From Bacteroidia bacterium (GTDB taxonomy: Bacteria > Bacteroidota > Bacteroidia > NS11-12g > UBA955), in the NCBI GenBank assembly GCA_041391605.1, contig JAWKNQ010000002.1, forward strand, positions 85,417 to 149,416: 64,000 nt of DNA. Direction: 5' to 3'. Under the pieces are notes generated by a model. That model searched no databases and had not been told where the DNA came from. It was given only the letters and a program-made list of their open reading frames with translations. The first letter of the stretch is position 1; each line of letters opens with the position of its first letter. The translations under genes were made by a program, and so were the position numbers. Positions 39,049 to 49,250 of the stretch are shown piece after piece.

Positions 39049-39613
39049 ATGTTTGATTTGCAAGAAATATTAACGGTGTCATTTACACTCTTCGCCGTAA
39101 TAGATATTTTGGGGTCTATTCCAATAATAATTAACTTAAGACAGAAGATTGGGCATATCCAATCAGAAGTTGCAACACTAGTGTCAGGATTGCTAATGAC
39201 CTTGTTTTTCTTTGTCGGAGAGCAGTTTTTAAATGTGTTAGGGGTTGATATTCATTCATTTGCCTTAGCGGGGTCAATTGTAATATTTATTATTGGATTG
39301 GAAATGGTGCTTGGTATTGATTTGTTTAAAGTTGATCCAGATCCCAAGTCTGGTAGCGTTGTCCCTATTGCTTTCCCCATTATTGCAGGGGTGGAACACT
39401 CACAACTATAATGTCCTTAAAGTCGGAGTTTGAATCGGCAACATCTATATTGGAATACTTATTAACTTGATTGTGGTGTATTTTGTCTTAAAATCAACCT
39501 CTAAAATTGAGCGTATATTAGGAAATGGTGGCCTATTGGTTATCAGAAAGTTTTTTGGAGTAATTTTAATAGCAATTGCAGTAAAGATATTTAAAAACAA
39601 TTTGTTAGTTTAA
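39049..39613 (+). pseudogene. MarC family (UPF0056) integral membrane protein, frameshifted at least twice (about 39395 and about 39445)
   Basis: The N-terminal 115 aa are intact (FAVIDILGSIPIII). After PIAFPIIAG the expected ...TIMSLKSEF... and ILINLIVVYFVLKSTSKIERILG...IRKFFGVILIAIAVKIF continue in other frames up to the TAA at 39611-39613. Confidence 0.7.
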
Positions 39614-39654
39614 AAATTTTCCGTAAAATTGTAATTATTAATAATTTATATATT

Positions 39655-39870
39655 ATGAAAAAACTAACCATTTTATCAATCGTTGCATTTGCTGCAATCA
39701 GTTTTGTAGCTTGCAAAAAAGACAGAGTTTGTGAATGCACAGAAAGCGGAACAACTGACAAAACCACTTACAATGATGTAACAAAGCGTCAAGGTAAAGC
39801 CAATTGTGTAAGTTACACTTACGACAATGGTAATGGAACTTCATCTAAAGTAGAATGTGAATTAAAATAA
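39655..39870 (+). CDS. small Cys-rich lipoprotein (paralogue 1)
   Basis: Lipobox FVAC. The mature part of about 50 aa has four further Cys (CKKDRVCEC...C...C). Confidence 0.6.
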   Translation: MKKLTILSIVAFAAISFVACKKDRVCECTESGTTDKTTYNDVTKRQGKANCVSYTYDNGNGTSSKVECELK

Positions 39871-39876
39871 ACAACT

Positions 39877-40098
39877 ATGAAAAAATTAGTATTAATTTCT
39901 TTATCAGTTGCTTTTTTCTCTGTTTTACTTGTTTCTTGTAAGAAAGACAGAGTATGCGAGTGTACTTATCCTGGAGGAAGTGCAGAAAAAGTAACATTTA
40001 ATGATGCTACCAAGCGTCAAGCTAAAGATGCATGTGTATCTCAAAGCTATGATGTTGGTAATGGAACTACTGTTAAGATTGAATGTGAACTAAAATAA
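39877..40098 (+). CDS. small Cys-rich lipoprotein (paralogue 2)
   Basis: Lipobox LVSC. Same CKKDRVCEC...NDxTKRQxKxxCVS...GNGT...ECELK framework as the upstream gene. Confidence 0.6.
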   Translation: MKKLVLISLSVAFFSVLLVSCKKDRVCECTYPGGSAEKVTFNDATKRQAKDACVSQSYDVGNGTTVKIECELK

Positions 40099-40117
40099 CA
40101 ATAAATTTCTTTTATTT

Positions 40118-40148
40118 AGCGTCTGAAAAACTCAGGCGCTTTTTTTTT
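40118..40148 (+). terminator. intrinsic terminator after the lipoprotein pair
   Basis: Stem agcgtctga/tcaggcgct (one G-U pair) with a 5-nt loop, followed by T8. Confidence 0.7.
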
Positions 40149-40150
40149 GT

Positions 40151-41092
40151 ATGACTTTAAAAAAAATTTCATTTTTCTCTATAAATATAGTCTTAGCTGC
40201 AATCTTTTTATTGTCTGCATGGTTTAAGTTGTTTCCAATTGAACCATTTGAATATAAAATTGTAGGTACCACCTTTTTTGGATGGGTAAGTTCTGTTTTT
40301 GTTGCTCGAATTGTGATTTCGCTTGAATTGTTTTTAGCATTAATGTTACTATTAAGTGTCAACTTGAAAACAACGCTCAAGCTATCTCTATTTATCTTGG
40401 CTATTTTTACCATCCATTTAACTGTTGATCTTATTTTGAACGGAAATCAAAGTGATTGTGGGTGCATGGGTAGTTTAATGTCATTTACTCCTATTCAGGG
40501 AATTATTAAAAATTTAATTATGATTGCTGGAGTTAGTGTATTGTTAATCAATTACGAGCAATTATTTAAGTTCAAGTTCAAACTGGAATATTTTTCATTC
40601 TATATTTTATTAATTTCAGGTATAGCAGTTTTTGCTTCTAACCCAGTTGAATTAACGTATTCGGAAAAATATCTTAACAAACCGTTTGAGGGCTTTAAAC
40701 TTGATTTAGACACACTTTACAATACTGTCTATGGTGAAAAGATTGAACAGCCCAGTATGGATGTGCGTGACAAAAAATTAATTCTAGGATTTTTAAGTGC
40801 AAGTTGCCCTCATTGTAAAATTGCAGCTCAAAAAATTTCAGTTATTAAACGCAGAAACCCTAACTTGCCTTTTTATTTCTTTATCAATGGAGATCAAAAG
40901 GATATTGAAAAGTTCCTAACAGTTACTGAAACAGAAAACATTCCACATAGTCGTTTGAATGGTCACCTCTTTGTTCAGCTGGCAGGATTGCATTTACCAA
41001 TCATCTATTATTACTCAAAAGGATTTATAGATAAACAAGTGGATTACTACACCCTTGAACAATACCATATAGAAAAATGGTATAAAAATTAA
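40151..41092 (+). CDS. MauE/DoxX-like membrane domain fused to a thioredoxin-fold domain
   Basis: N-terminal half with 4-5 TM helices and a CGCMG motif. The C-terminal half has [12 protein letters not shown] (CxxC) in a TlpA-like context. Confidence 0.55.
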   Translation: MTLKKISFFSINIVLAAIFLLSAWFKLFPIEPFEYKIVGTTFFGWVSSVFVARIVISLELFLALMLLLSVNLKTTLKLSLFILAIFTIHLTVDLILNGNQSDCGCMGSLMSFTPIQGIIKNLIMIAGVSVLLINYEQLFKFKFKLEYFSFYILLISGIAVFASNPVELTYSEKYLNKPFEGFKLDLDTLYNTVYGEKIEQPSMDVRDKKLILGFLSASCPHCKIAAQKISVIKRRNPNLPFYFFINGDQKDIEKFLTVTETENIPHSRLNGHLFVQLAGLHLPIIYYYSKGFIDKQVDYYTLEQYHIEKWYKN

Positions 41093-43842
41093 TCAAGCGA
41101 ATCTAATGTTCTGGCGATTGATTTTTCTTCGAAAACTTCTAAGTTATCTCCAACTTGAATATCTTGGAAATTTTTAATTGAAACTCCACACTCAAATCCT
41201 TTTAAAACATCTTTAACATCATCTTTAAATCGTTTTAAAGAGTCTAAAGAACCTTGGTGAACAACAACACCATCTCGGATTACTCTTATTTTTGAACTTC
41301 GAGTAATTTTGCCTTCAGTTACCATACAACCTGCGATTGTACCAACTTTGGTAATTTTAAATACATCTCTCACCTCAACGTTTCCAATTATTGTTTCTTT
41401 GATTTCTGGGCTTAACATTCCTTCAATCGCAGATTTAATTTCATCAATTGCTTGGTAAATAATAGAATAGTGTCTGATATCAATTTGCTCAGTTTCAGCT
41501 ATTTTCTTAGCTCCTGAAGAAGGTCTAACCTGGAATCCAATAATAATGGCATCTGATGCCGAAGCCAATAGAACATCACTTTCAGTGATTTGTCCAACAC
41601 CTCTGTGTATCACTTTCACCATTACTTCCTTATTCGAAAGATTTAATAATGAATCACTCAATGCTTCCACAGAACCATTCACATCTCCTTTAATGATTAG
41701 ATTTAATTCTTTAAAGTTTCCGACAGCTAAACGTCTTCCGATTTCATCGAGCGTAATATGCTTAGTTGTACGAATGCCTTGTTCACGCATTAATTGCTCA
41801 CGCTTATTTGCTAATTCTTTAGCCTCATCTTCATTGTTTAATACAATAAGTGGATCGCCTGCGAATGGAGCATCAGAGAAACCTAACATACTAACTGGAG
41901 TGGCTGGTCCTGCTTGGTCAACTCTTTGATTTCGTTCATTAAATAGAGCTTTTACCTTTGCATAATGTGAACCAGCTACCAAATGATCTCCAATTTTTAA
42001 AGTACCTGTTTGAATTAATACATTTGCAACAACTCCACGACCTTTATCTAGTCGAGCCTCAACTATTGTTCCTTTGGCCTTTCGAGTTGGATCAGCTTTT
42101 AGCTCTAATAATTCTGCCTCAAGTAGAATTTTTTCTAAAAGTTTGTCAATGTTTAAACCTTTCTTAGCAGAAATTTCTTGGCTTTGATATTTTCCTCCCC
42201 ATTCTTCAACAAGGATATTCATTCCGGAAAGTTCTTCTCTTATTTTTTCAGGGTTTGCTCCATCTTTGTCAATCTTGTTGATTGCGAAAATCATTGGAAC
42301 TCCTGCTGCTTGTGCGTGACTGATTGCCTCTCTTGTTTGAGGCATGATACTGTCATCAGCCGCAACAACAATTACTGCTATATCTGTAACTTTAGCTCCC
42401 CTTGCACGCATGGCAGTAAATGCTTCGTGACCAGGTGTATCTAAAAATGTGATTTTCTGTTTACTTGGTAATTGAACTTCATATGCACCAATATGCTGAG
42501 TAATACCTCCGGCCTCACCTCCAATGACATTAGTTTTTCTAATATAGTCAAGTAGGGAAGTTTTACCGTGGTCTACGTGTCCCATTACCGTTACAATTGG
42601 TGGTCTTGGAATGGACTTTTCTGGATCATCTTGTTCTTCTTCGAAACCGATTGTATCCTGAGCGTCAACAAACTCAACCTCATAGCCAAATTCATCTGCA
42701 ACCAATGTTATGGTCTCGGCATCTAAACGTTGGTTGATTGAAACCATTATTCCGAGTGAGAAACAGGTGGAAATTACTTGAGTAACTTGAACATCCATCA
42801 TTTTAGCCAAATCGTTGGCTGTTAGGAATTCTGTAACTTTTAAAATTAATTCTTCCTGTTCTTGTCTTTCCTTTTCTTCACTTCTAGCGTGATAGTGGTC
42901 ATCTCTCTTTCTTCTCTTAAACTTAGATTTAGAAGTCTTTCCACGTCCAGTTGAATCTAATTTGTTTAGAGTCTTCTTTAATTTATCTTGAATTTCTTTT
43001 TGAGAAATCTCTTTTCTAGGTTCATCTCTCCTTTGATGGGTGTTTCGATTAACCTTAATTTCTTGTTGAATATTAACCTTCTGAGCTCCTGACTTACGTT
43101 TTCTCTTTTCTCTGTTTTGTTTGTCATTTGATTGGAACTTTGATTTGATAACAGGCTCAGGTCTTAAGACTATTTTGCCTTTAATTGTTAATCCATCTAA
43201 TTCAACCAACTGAGCTTTTACAACTTCTCGTGGGTCAATTTCTTCAGGTTCTGTTTTTTTAGGTGCTAATGGCGGAATTTCTGGGCCCTTTTTTTCAAGC
43301 TTAGGCTGTTCCTTTTCTACTGGCTTTTCTTTGGCAGGTTCTTTTTTAACCTTGGGTTTATTTAGCTCAATTTTGCCTTTTACCTTTAATCCACTGGTAT
43401 TCGGTTTTTCAATTGGAGCTTCTTCTTTTGGTTTCTCTTGTATCTTCTCAACAGGTTTTACTTCTTCCTTTGGAGTTTCCTTTTTTGAAGTCTTTTTAGG
43501 CTCTGGGACAACTGGTTCAACTTCAGGACTTACATTCTTAATAATGACTTCATTGTCTTTCTCTTCAGGAATCGGCTTGTCTTCTGACTTCTTTTTTAAA
43601 GTCGTTTCATCTGCCTTAATTGTTTCTTCGCGCTTTTTAAGCTTAAGTCCTACAGATTTAGATTGTTCTTTTGCCTCTTTATCAGAAGAGAATATACCTG
43701 CGATGTGTTTGTACATCTCAGCTGTAAGCTTAGTTGTCGGCTTGTTTTCAAGGGCAAAACCTTCCTTCTGCAAACTTTCTATAATAGTTTGCGTACTCAC
43801 ATTAAATTCCAATGCCGCTTTTCCTAATCTAATTTCTGCCAT
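41089..43842 (-). CDS. infB: translation initiation factor IF-2
   Basis: 917 aa with a K/E/P-rich N-terminal region, a GTPase core ([26 protein letters not shown]) and C-terminal IF-2 domains. Confidence 0.95.
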   Translation of the reverse strand: MAEIRLGKAALEFNVSTQTIIESLQKEGFALENKPTTKLTAEMYKHIAGIFSSDKEAKEQSKSVGLKLKKREETIKADETTLKKKSEDKPIPEEKDNEVIIKNVSPEVEPVVPEPKKTSKKETPKEEVKPVEKIQEKPKEEAPIEKPNTSGLKVKGKIELNKPKVKKEPAKEKPVEKEQPKLEKKGPEIPPLAPKKTEPEEIDPREVVKAQLVELDGLTIKGKIVLRPEPVIKSKFQSNDKQNREKRKRKSGAQKVNIQQEIKVNRNTHQRRDEPRKEISQKEIQDKLKKTLNKLDSTGRGKTSKSKFKRRKRDDHYHARSEEKERQEQEELILKVTEFLTANDLAKMMDVQVTQVISTCFSLGIMVSINQRLDAETITLVADEFGYEVEFVDAQDTIGFEEEQDDPEKSIPRPPIVTVMGHVDHGKTSLLDYIRKTNVIGGEAGGITQHIGAYEVQLPSKQKITFLDTPGHEAFTAMRARGAKVTDIAVIVVAADDSIMPQTREAISHAQAAGVPMIFAINKIDKDGANPEKIREELSGMNILVEEWGGKYQSQEISAKKGLNIDKLLEKILLEAELLELKADPTRKAKGTIVEARLDKGRGVVANVLIQTGTLKIGDHLVAGSHYAKVKALFNERNQRVDQAGPATPVSMLGFSDAPFAGDPLIVLNNEDEAKELANKREQLMREQGIRTTKHITLDEIGRRLAVGNFKELNLIIKGDVNGSVEALSDSLLNLSNKEVMVKVIHRGVGQITESDVLLASASDAIIIGFQVRPSSGAKKIAETEQIDIRHYSIIYQAIDEIKSAIEGMLSPEIKETIIGNVEVRDVFKITKVGTIAGCMVTEGKITRSSKIRVIRDGVVVHQGSLDSLKRFKDDVKDVLKGFECGVSIKNFQDIQVGDNLEVFEEKSIARTLDSLD

Positions 43843-43880
43843 TCAGTATTTTATTCAAGACAAGTATTTGTCAAAAAATG

Positions 43881-43888
43881 CAAAGGTA
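43881..43888 (-). promoter_or_regulatory. -7 box (TAccTTTG on minus strand) upstream of infB
   Basis: The plus strand reads caaaggta. The box is 38 nt upstream of the infB ATG at 43842. Confidence 0.4.
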
Positions 43889-43942
43889 GGGTTATATTGG
43901 AATTAATGCAAAAAAATAACTAGGCTCAAAATGTCTAGTTTT

Positions 43943-44440
43943 TTATCTGTGGCATTTAAAATAATCGAAGGGTTCCAAACAATCCTTACACTTATACAAC
44001 GCCTTACATGCAGTGCTTCCAAATTGACTGACAAGTTCTGTGTTTTTGCTTTGACATCTTGGGCATTCTACCTTGTGTGTCTCGCCAAAAATTGTGTTCA
44101 AATTGAGGTCTTCATCTTCTGGTGGAGCAATGCCATAGGACTTTAATTTTTGCTTCCCTTTTTCACTCATCCAATCTGTTGTCCATGCCGGTGATAAAAT
44201 CAATTTAACTGTTGCATTGATATTTTTCTCTTTCATTAATTTGATGATATCTGCTTCTATGGTATTCATCGCAGGACATCCACTATAGGTTGGTGTGATT
44301 TGTATTTCAAAACCAGATTCATTCGGAATTATATTTCTAACAACACCTAAATCTACTACTGATAATACAGGTATTTCTGGGTCGCTTACTTGTTCGAGTA
44401 AATCCCAAATTTTTTGAACTTCTAATTCAGCAGTTTCCAT
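43943..44440 (-). CDS. paaD: PaaD-like protein (DUF59 domain plus C-terminal zinc ribbon)
   Basis: DPEIPVLSVVDLGVV, TPTYSGCPA and a C-terminal CPRC...CKDC motif. Confidence 0.7.
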   Translation of the reverse strand: METAELEVQKIWDLLEQVSDPEIPVLSVVDLGVVRNIIPNESGFEIQITPTYSGCPAMNTIEADIIKLMKEKNINATVKLILSPAWTTDWMSEKGKQKLKSYGIAPPEDEDLNLNTIFGETHKVECPRCQSKNTELVSQFGSTACKALYKCKDCLEPFDYFKCHR

Positions 44441-44472
44441 GTTTACAAAGGTAAGGTTTAATTAGAACTTAC

Positions 44473-44949
44473 TTAAGTCATTTCCTTCACAATTTCATGA
44501 CATTCGTCATATGTATAACCTTTGCTGATCAAGTGATTCATTATCTTTTTTTGCTTTAGATATGGGTTTTTTATAGAAAGTTTTGATGCGTATTTTTCAC
44601 TTAAGTTTCGAATGCTTCTTTCATAATCCTCATCATCAATTTCTTTCATTGCTTTCTTAATGCAATATGCACTTATATTTCGCCACTTCAGCTCTCTTAT
44701 TATTTTTGCTTTCCCCCATTTTTTTTGACGAAATTTTCCTCCGGCATAAGCCTGAGCAAAACGCTCTTCATTCACAAAATTTGTTTTAACTAATTCCATT
44801 AATACCTGTTCAACCTCATCAGAATACAACCCAAACGAGTACAGTTTTTCGCGAACTTCTTTTTGGCACCTTTCCTGATAGGCACAATAATGTTCAATTT
44901 TAGCTTTGGCCTCATTAATAGAAAATTTCTTCTCTTTCTTGTTCTCCAT
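44473..44949 (-). CDS. recX: RecX family regulatory protein
   Basis: 158 aa with three-helix repeat organisation. YCAYQERCxxEV and FVNEERFAQAYAGGKFRQKKWGKxKI are typical of Bacteroidota RecX. Confidence 0.8.
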   Translation of the reverse strand: MENKKEKKFSINEAKAKIEHYCAYQERCQKEVREKLYSFGLYSDEVEQVLMELVKTNFVNEERFAQAYAGGKFRQKKWGKAKIIRELKWRNISAYCIKKAMKEIDDEDYERSIRNLSEKYASKLSIKNPYLKQKKIMNHLISKGYTYDECHEIVKEMT

Positions 44950-46112
44950 TAATGAATTATTTGAACTTGATATTGTTTGCGAATAGTGTCAGATTCTATT
45001 TTTAAAAAATAAAAACCATTTTGAAAAGCAGAACAGTCAATCGCCTCTCCAGTGTATATTTTGTCTTCAAATATTTTTATGCCCAAATGATTGTATAGAG
45101 TTACTTCACAATTGCCATTGATGTCTTTTATTTGAATTTTGTTATGGCTTGGGTTAGGGAATAACTTCCAGGTATAGTTGCTTTCTAGCTTTTTTGTACT
45201 TGTGCTATATGTATTGTAAAATGAATAGACAGGGTAATGATCACTGCAAGTTTGACTGTATGATAATATATGCCTGTCTAAGCGAAATACAAATGTAGAA
45301 TCATTCTTATATTTCTTTTTTAGTTTACTTGAAATAAGTTGATGATCTATTGCTTCTGAATAAGATGTAGTTGTTGGAATATTGTTTTTGCTTAAAATCT
45401 GACTGTTGAAGTAGAAATTGAAATCTGAATATTGAAGATTAACAAATGGAGAAGGTAAGCCTTGGAAAACAGATTTATCAATATCGTCATTCCAATCTCC
45501 AAGAACAATGCAATTTCGGTTTGAGTAAGTCTTATTTAATTCCATTTTCAACCATTCTGAAGATCGCTTTCTGCTGTTATAAGCCAATGTTTTTAAACTG
45601 TCGTTACCAAAGTTGGATTTGAGGTGAAGAATAATTAAAAACAAGGTGTCTATTCCAATGTCGTCTTTGGGTATTAAGGCAATCTCCAATGGGTATCTAG
45701 AAGTAGAAAAACTATCTTTATTTTCAGTGCCTATGGAGCGATTAGAAATCAGATCGAACAGTGATTTTTTAAAGATCAAACCTGTTTTTTGTTCTGGAAA
45801 TGCATCTGAAATTACACCTTGGTACTCTGGTAATTTGCTTACTAAACTTTGAAATGAATCAACGTTGCAAATTTCATTAAGTGCCCAAATATCAATATTT
45901 GATTCCAAAATAACTGAATGAATCAATCTCAATTGCAATGAATCATTTGATGGGCCGTATCCTGTTTGTGTTTTACCGAACCAATACAAATTCCAATTGG
46001 CAATTTCCAATTGATTGCTTTTGCCAATGCTTGGTATATTTTGGGCATTACCATTCAAACAATTATAAGCGCACACAAGAATGAGTAATCTATGTTTTAA
46101 CTTTAGGAGCAA
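44949..46112 (-). CDS. endonuclease/exonuclease/phosphatase family protein with T9SS type A C-terminal sorting domain
   Basis: Signal peptide, an EEP-like core ending in SDHYPV, and the C-terminal block FPNPSHNKIQIK...NGFYFLKIE...QIIH. It has a TTG start. Confidence 0.7.
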   Translation of the reverse strand: MLLKLKHRLLILVCAYNCLNGNAQNIPSIGKSNQLEIANWNLYWFGKTQTGYGPSNDSLQLRLIHSVILESNIDIWALNEICNVDSFQSLVSKLPEYQGVISDAFPEQKTGLIFKKSLFDLISNRSIGTENKDSFSTSRYPLEIALIPKDDIGIDTLFLIILHLKSNFGNDSLKTLAYNSRKRSSEWLKMELNKTYSNRNCIVLGDWNDDIDKSVFQGLPSPFVNLQYSDFNFYFNSQILSKNNIPTTTSYSEAIDHQLISSKLKKKYKNDSTFVFRLDRHILSYSQTCSDHYPVYSFYNTYSTSTKKLESNYTWKLFPNPSHNKIQIKDINGNCEVTLYNHLGIKIFEDKIYTGEAIDCSAFQNGFYFLKIESDTIRKQYQVQIIH

Positions 46113-46998
46113 AATATGTAATTGAAATGGTTTTTATTATCCATGCAAAGATAAGAGTAGAAAAGAAGGTAAAAATTGCATAAACCATCGCTGGTTTTTG
46201 CATGTTGTTGTTGTTTAGAATGTTTCCTGCAACCAATAATGCTAGGGCAGTGTTTTGTAAGCCTACTTCTACCATTATGGTGATGTTGTCTCGAATATTC
46301 GTTTTGAACAGAGCTCCTAGGATAAATCCTAAAAACATCCCAGTAAAATTAAATAATAAAAGTATTAGGCCTTGATTCCAAATTTCATCACCAGTAAGTT
46401 GGATACCTCCTTTTTCCGCAGGAGCAAATATTTTAATTGAAAAAATAATAAGAAGTAAAACTGGTAATAAATATCTTAGATAAGGAATTAGCTTGTCGGC
46501 AAAGTCCTGAGATTTTCTTCTGATCAATACCCCAATACTTGCTGGTATAATTGTCACCATTGCAATGTGCAGCATGGTATTTAGGACAGGAAGCTCGATG
46601 GATGCTGTTTGATGGATAAAATAATTTAACGCGGCATTAACAAATATAGGTACAGTGAACATACATAAAATACCATTCACAACGGTTAATGAAATGCTAA
46701 GAGCAACATTTCCTTTTAAAAGAAAACTAACTAAGTTAGAGGTTACACCTCCGGGACAAAGAGATATAATAATAAAGCCAACTTTTACTTCGGGAGAAAA
46801 ATCAGTCATTAACATAAAAAAAAATGCAATGATTGGTAAAAAAACCATTTGAGCTACTAATCCTAAAAATAAAGTTTTGGGAAATGAAATAATATTAGAA
46901 AAATCTTTTCTGCTTAGGTTAAGACCTAAACTCATTGTTATGAATGCTAAAACAACATCTATCAATAAATTTATGTGTTCAAATAATAGATCTAACAT
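46090..46998 (-). CDS. bile acid:sodium symporter (BASS) family transporter
   Basis: About 9-10 TM helices with MSLGLNLSxxDF near the N-terminus. The ATG at 46998 is preferred, but the TTG at 47028 is possible. Confidence 0.7.
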   Translation of the reverse strand: MLDLLFEHINLLIDVVLAFITMSLGLNLSRKDFSNIISFPKTLFLGLVAQMVFLPIIAFFFMLMTDFSPEVKVGFIIISLCPGGVTSNLVSFLLKGNVALSISLTVVNGILCMFTVPIFVNAALNYFIHQTASIELPVLNTMLHIAMVTIIPASIGVLIRRKSQDFADKLIPYLRYLLPVLLLIIFSIKIFAPAEKGGIQLTGDEIWNQGLILLLFNFTGMFLGFILGALFKTNIRDNITIMVEVGLQNTALALLVAGNILNNNNMQKPAMVYAIFTFFSTLIFAWIIKTISITYFAPKVKT

Positions 46999-47155
46999 CC
47001 AATTCTTCAGGTTTTGATTTTTCAACAAACTTAAGGAATTAATCCAGTTTATTTAAATTTTAAGTACTCAATTCTTTAAAAATAAGTTAATAATTTACAC
47101 AATAAAAAATAATCAAGTTAGGTTTCTGATTCTAAATGACAATGCGTAAATTTGC

Positions 47156-47626
47156 ATGATGAAGAAATGGATTTTCTTGCCTTTTGTAATCCTCTTATTT
47201 TCGTGTTCAAATGAAAATAAAATTGTAGATCAAATGATTGATATACCCAAAAGCGAATGGACTTACGATCAAATTCCTGATTATCCTTTTCAAGTTGAGA
47301 ATACTAATATTTATCACGACTTCTATATAAAATTGCGTGTATCCAAGTCGTATAAATACGAGAATCTCTACCTGCTTTCTCACATACATGAACCAAATGG
47401 AAAAATTAAAAATCAAACTATTAATCTAACTTTAACCGATAGCACAGGTAAACCACTAGGCCAGTCAACTGGTAGTGCAATTGATTATGAGTTTCCAATG
47501 GGTAAGATGTCTTTCAAAGAAGTTGGTCAGTATAAAATTGCCCTAGAGCAGAATATGAGAGATAGTATGGTGAATGGTATTGAAAGTATTGGTGTAAGAA
47601 TCATGAAAGGTGAACCGGTTTTTTAA
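47156..47626 (+). CDS. gldH: GldH-like gliding motility lipoprotein
   Basis: 156 aa with lipobox LFSCSN. The size and the blocks (YKYENLYL, GKPLG, ALEQNMRD...GIESIG) match my recollection of GldH. Not verifiable here. Confidence 0.5.
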   Translation: MMKKWIFLPFVILLFSCSNENKIVDQMIDIPKSEWTYDQIPDYPFQVENTNIYHDFYIKLRVSKSYKYENLYLLSHIHEPNGKIKNQTINLTLTDSTGKPLGQSTGSAIDYEFPMGKMSFKEVGQYKIALEQNMRDSMVNGIESIGVRIMKGEPVF

Positions 47627-47629
47627 TCA

Positions 47630-48022
47630 ATGGGGAAACCAATAGTTTTTTTTGATGGGTATTGTAATTTGTGTTCTAGTAGTGTTCAATGGATAATTAA
47701 AAACGACTTGAATAACACCTTTCAATTTGCTCCCTTAAATGGAGAAACAGCTAAAAAAATCATAGAAGATGAAGATATTCTCAAAGAAGACTCAATCATT
47801 TTATTTTTAAATAATAAGTTTTATTTGCGAAGCACAGCAGTATTAAAAATAGCGGCTAAACTAAAATATCCAAGTAGGTTCTTGTCTGTTTTTCTTATAG
47901 TGCCTGTTTTTATTCGCAATTGGGTTTATCAAATCGTTGCGAGAAATAGATACAAGTGGTTTGGTAAAAAGGAAGTTTGTTGGATACCAAGTGAAGAACT
48001 AAATATAAAATTTCTAAAATGA
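47630..48022 (+). CDS. DCC1-like thiol-disulfide oxidoreductase (DUF393)
   Basis: N-terminal FFDGYCNLCSSSVQWI (CxxC) signature. Confidence 0.8.
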   Translation: MGKPIVFFDGYCNLCSSSVQWIIKNDLNNTFQFAPLNGETAKKIIEDEDILKEDSIILFLNNKFYLRSTAVLKIAAKLKYPSRFLSVFLIVPVFIRNWVYQIVARNRYKWFGKKEVCWIPSEELNIKFLK

Positions 48023-49239
48023 GAAAACTTGTACTAATTGCGTTTTTAATTTATTCAAGCGTTCTGTATTCGCAGATTAAATTGCACCTTGATAGTCAAT
48101 TGAGAACAGCTATGAGAAAAGTATAATTTTAGTGAAGGATTAATGTGTATACTCTTTTTATTGTGATCCTTTTACGATAAGTTTATAAAAAAGGAGATAC
48201 CGACAATTCTTAGTGGACACCGGCGTTTTTTCGTAGATAAAAATTATAATGTAAAGAAGTCCAATTTTGATTTGCCGTGTTGGTTTGAACCAAAATTTGG
48301 AGAAGGTTTAGCTGCAGTTAATATTGGAAATATCATTTCATTTATTGATACCAATGGACAACCTCGCATTTTCTACTCGACTAATTGTATGTAATCAGCA
48401 ACGTAACATGGTTAGGCCTATCTTGAAATGGGAAAGCCAAAGTATATCAAGGCGGTAATGGAATAAAGCACTATTATCAAATCTATTATATAGATAAATC
48501 AGGCAAACGGATTCCTCAAAAAGCATTGGTTCGAGTTAAAGTAAAAGGAGAAGAACCGGTATTAGTCGTGAAAAATGATGTTCCAATTGCCCCAGCTCCT
48601 AGTTTTCTAGTTCCTGTGAAGCGTTTGCCAAAAGGGAAGTATCCAATAGAAGATCATCTTGCTTCAAAATTGTTAAGTGAAAAAAGTCACAATGATAATC
48701 GAATTCTAGTGTATTTCGAATGTGGAGCTTATCAGCTTGAAAACATGAATTCGAGTGATACTATTAATTGTGGCAATTTTGTGTTTACTGATACCTTCTT
48801 CAATGTTAAAATTGCAGGTGGATTTTCTCTGCCTTGCGCCTTTGAGCCTGAGTTTTCGGAAGGTTTATGTGCAGTGTCCATTGATAGTATGATTGTCTAT
48901 ATTGATACAATGGGCAATCAAGTAATTAACACAGGTTTGAAGGCTTGTAATAATGAAAACAATAAAGTTTCAACGTTTAAAAATGGGATTGCCACCTTGT
49001 ATAAAGGAGACCCATCTGTAAAAGGTTTGTACACAACATCTGCAATCGATAGAACTGGTCAAAGAGTGCGCTTACTCGAATACGATGGTTTAGATTTGGC
49101 AGAGGGCAAGGTTGATATGTTTAAAAACTTAAATGCCGAAGAAGCTAAGAATTGTTTTGTGGGTAAAGGTAAGTCAAATGGTTTGTGGTTTCTTATTGAA
49201 AAATCAGGGAAGGTTAGAAAGAAACTTGACCTCAAATAA
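48019..49239 (+). pseudogene. WG-repeat (KWG-like) protein, 5' third shattered by frameshifts (about 48100-48530)
   Basis: The ATG overlaps the upstream stop (ATGA) and gives the signal peptide MRKLVLIAFLIYSSVLYS. Fragments carry FSEGL and FGEGLAAVNIGNIISFIDTNGQ. The intact 3' ORF 48526-49239 carries FSEGLCAVSID..VYIDTMGN and FKNGIATL repeats. Confidence 0.55.
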
Positions 49240-49250
49240 CAAATTCAAAA

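Noticed and set aside
43331-43906. 191-aa plus-strand ORF (plus smaller ones at 41546-42444) inside infB.
   Set aside because: It is antisense to the K/E/P-rich N-terminal region of IF-2. Its S/F/L/G low-complexity translation is the mirror image of that bias. The infB frame is unambiguous.
43943-44440. Orphan PaaD-like gene without paaABCE neighbours as a sign of a novel pathway.
   Set aside because: DUF59-plus-zinc-ribbon proteins occur as stand-alone Fe-S assembly-type factors. A single gene with no linked partners gives no basis for a system-level claim.
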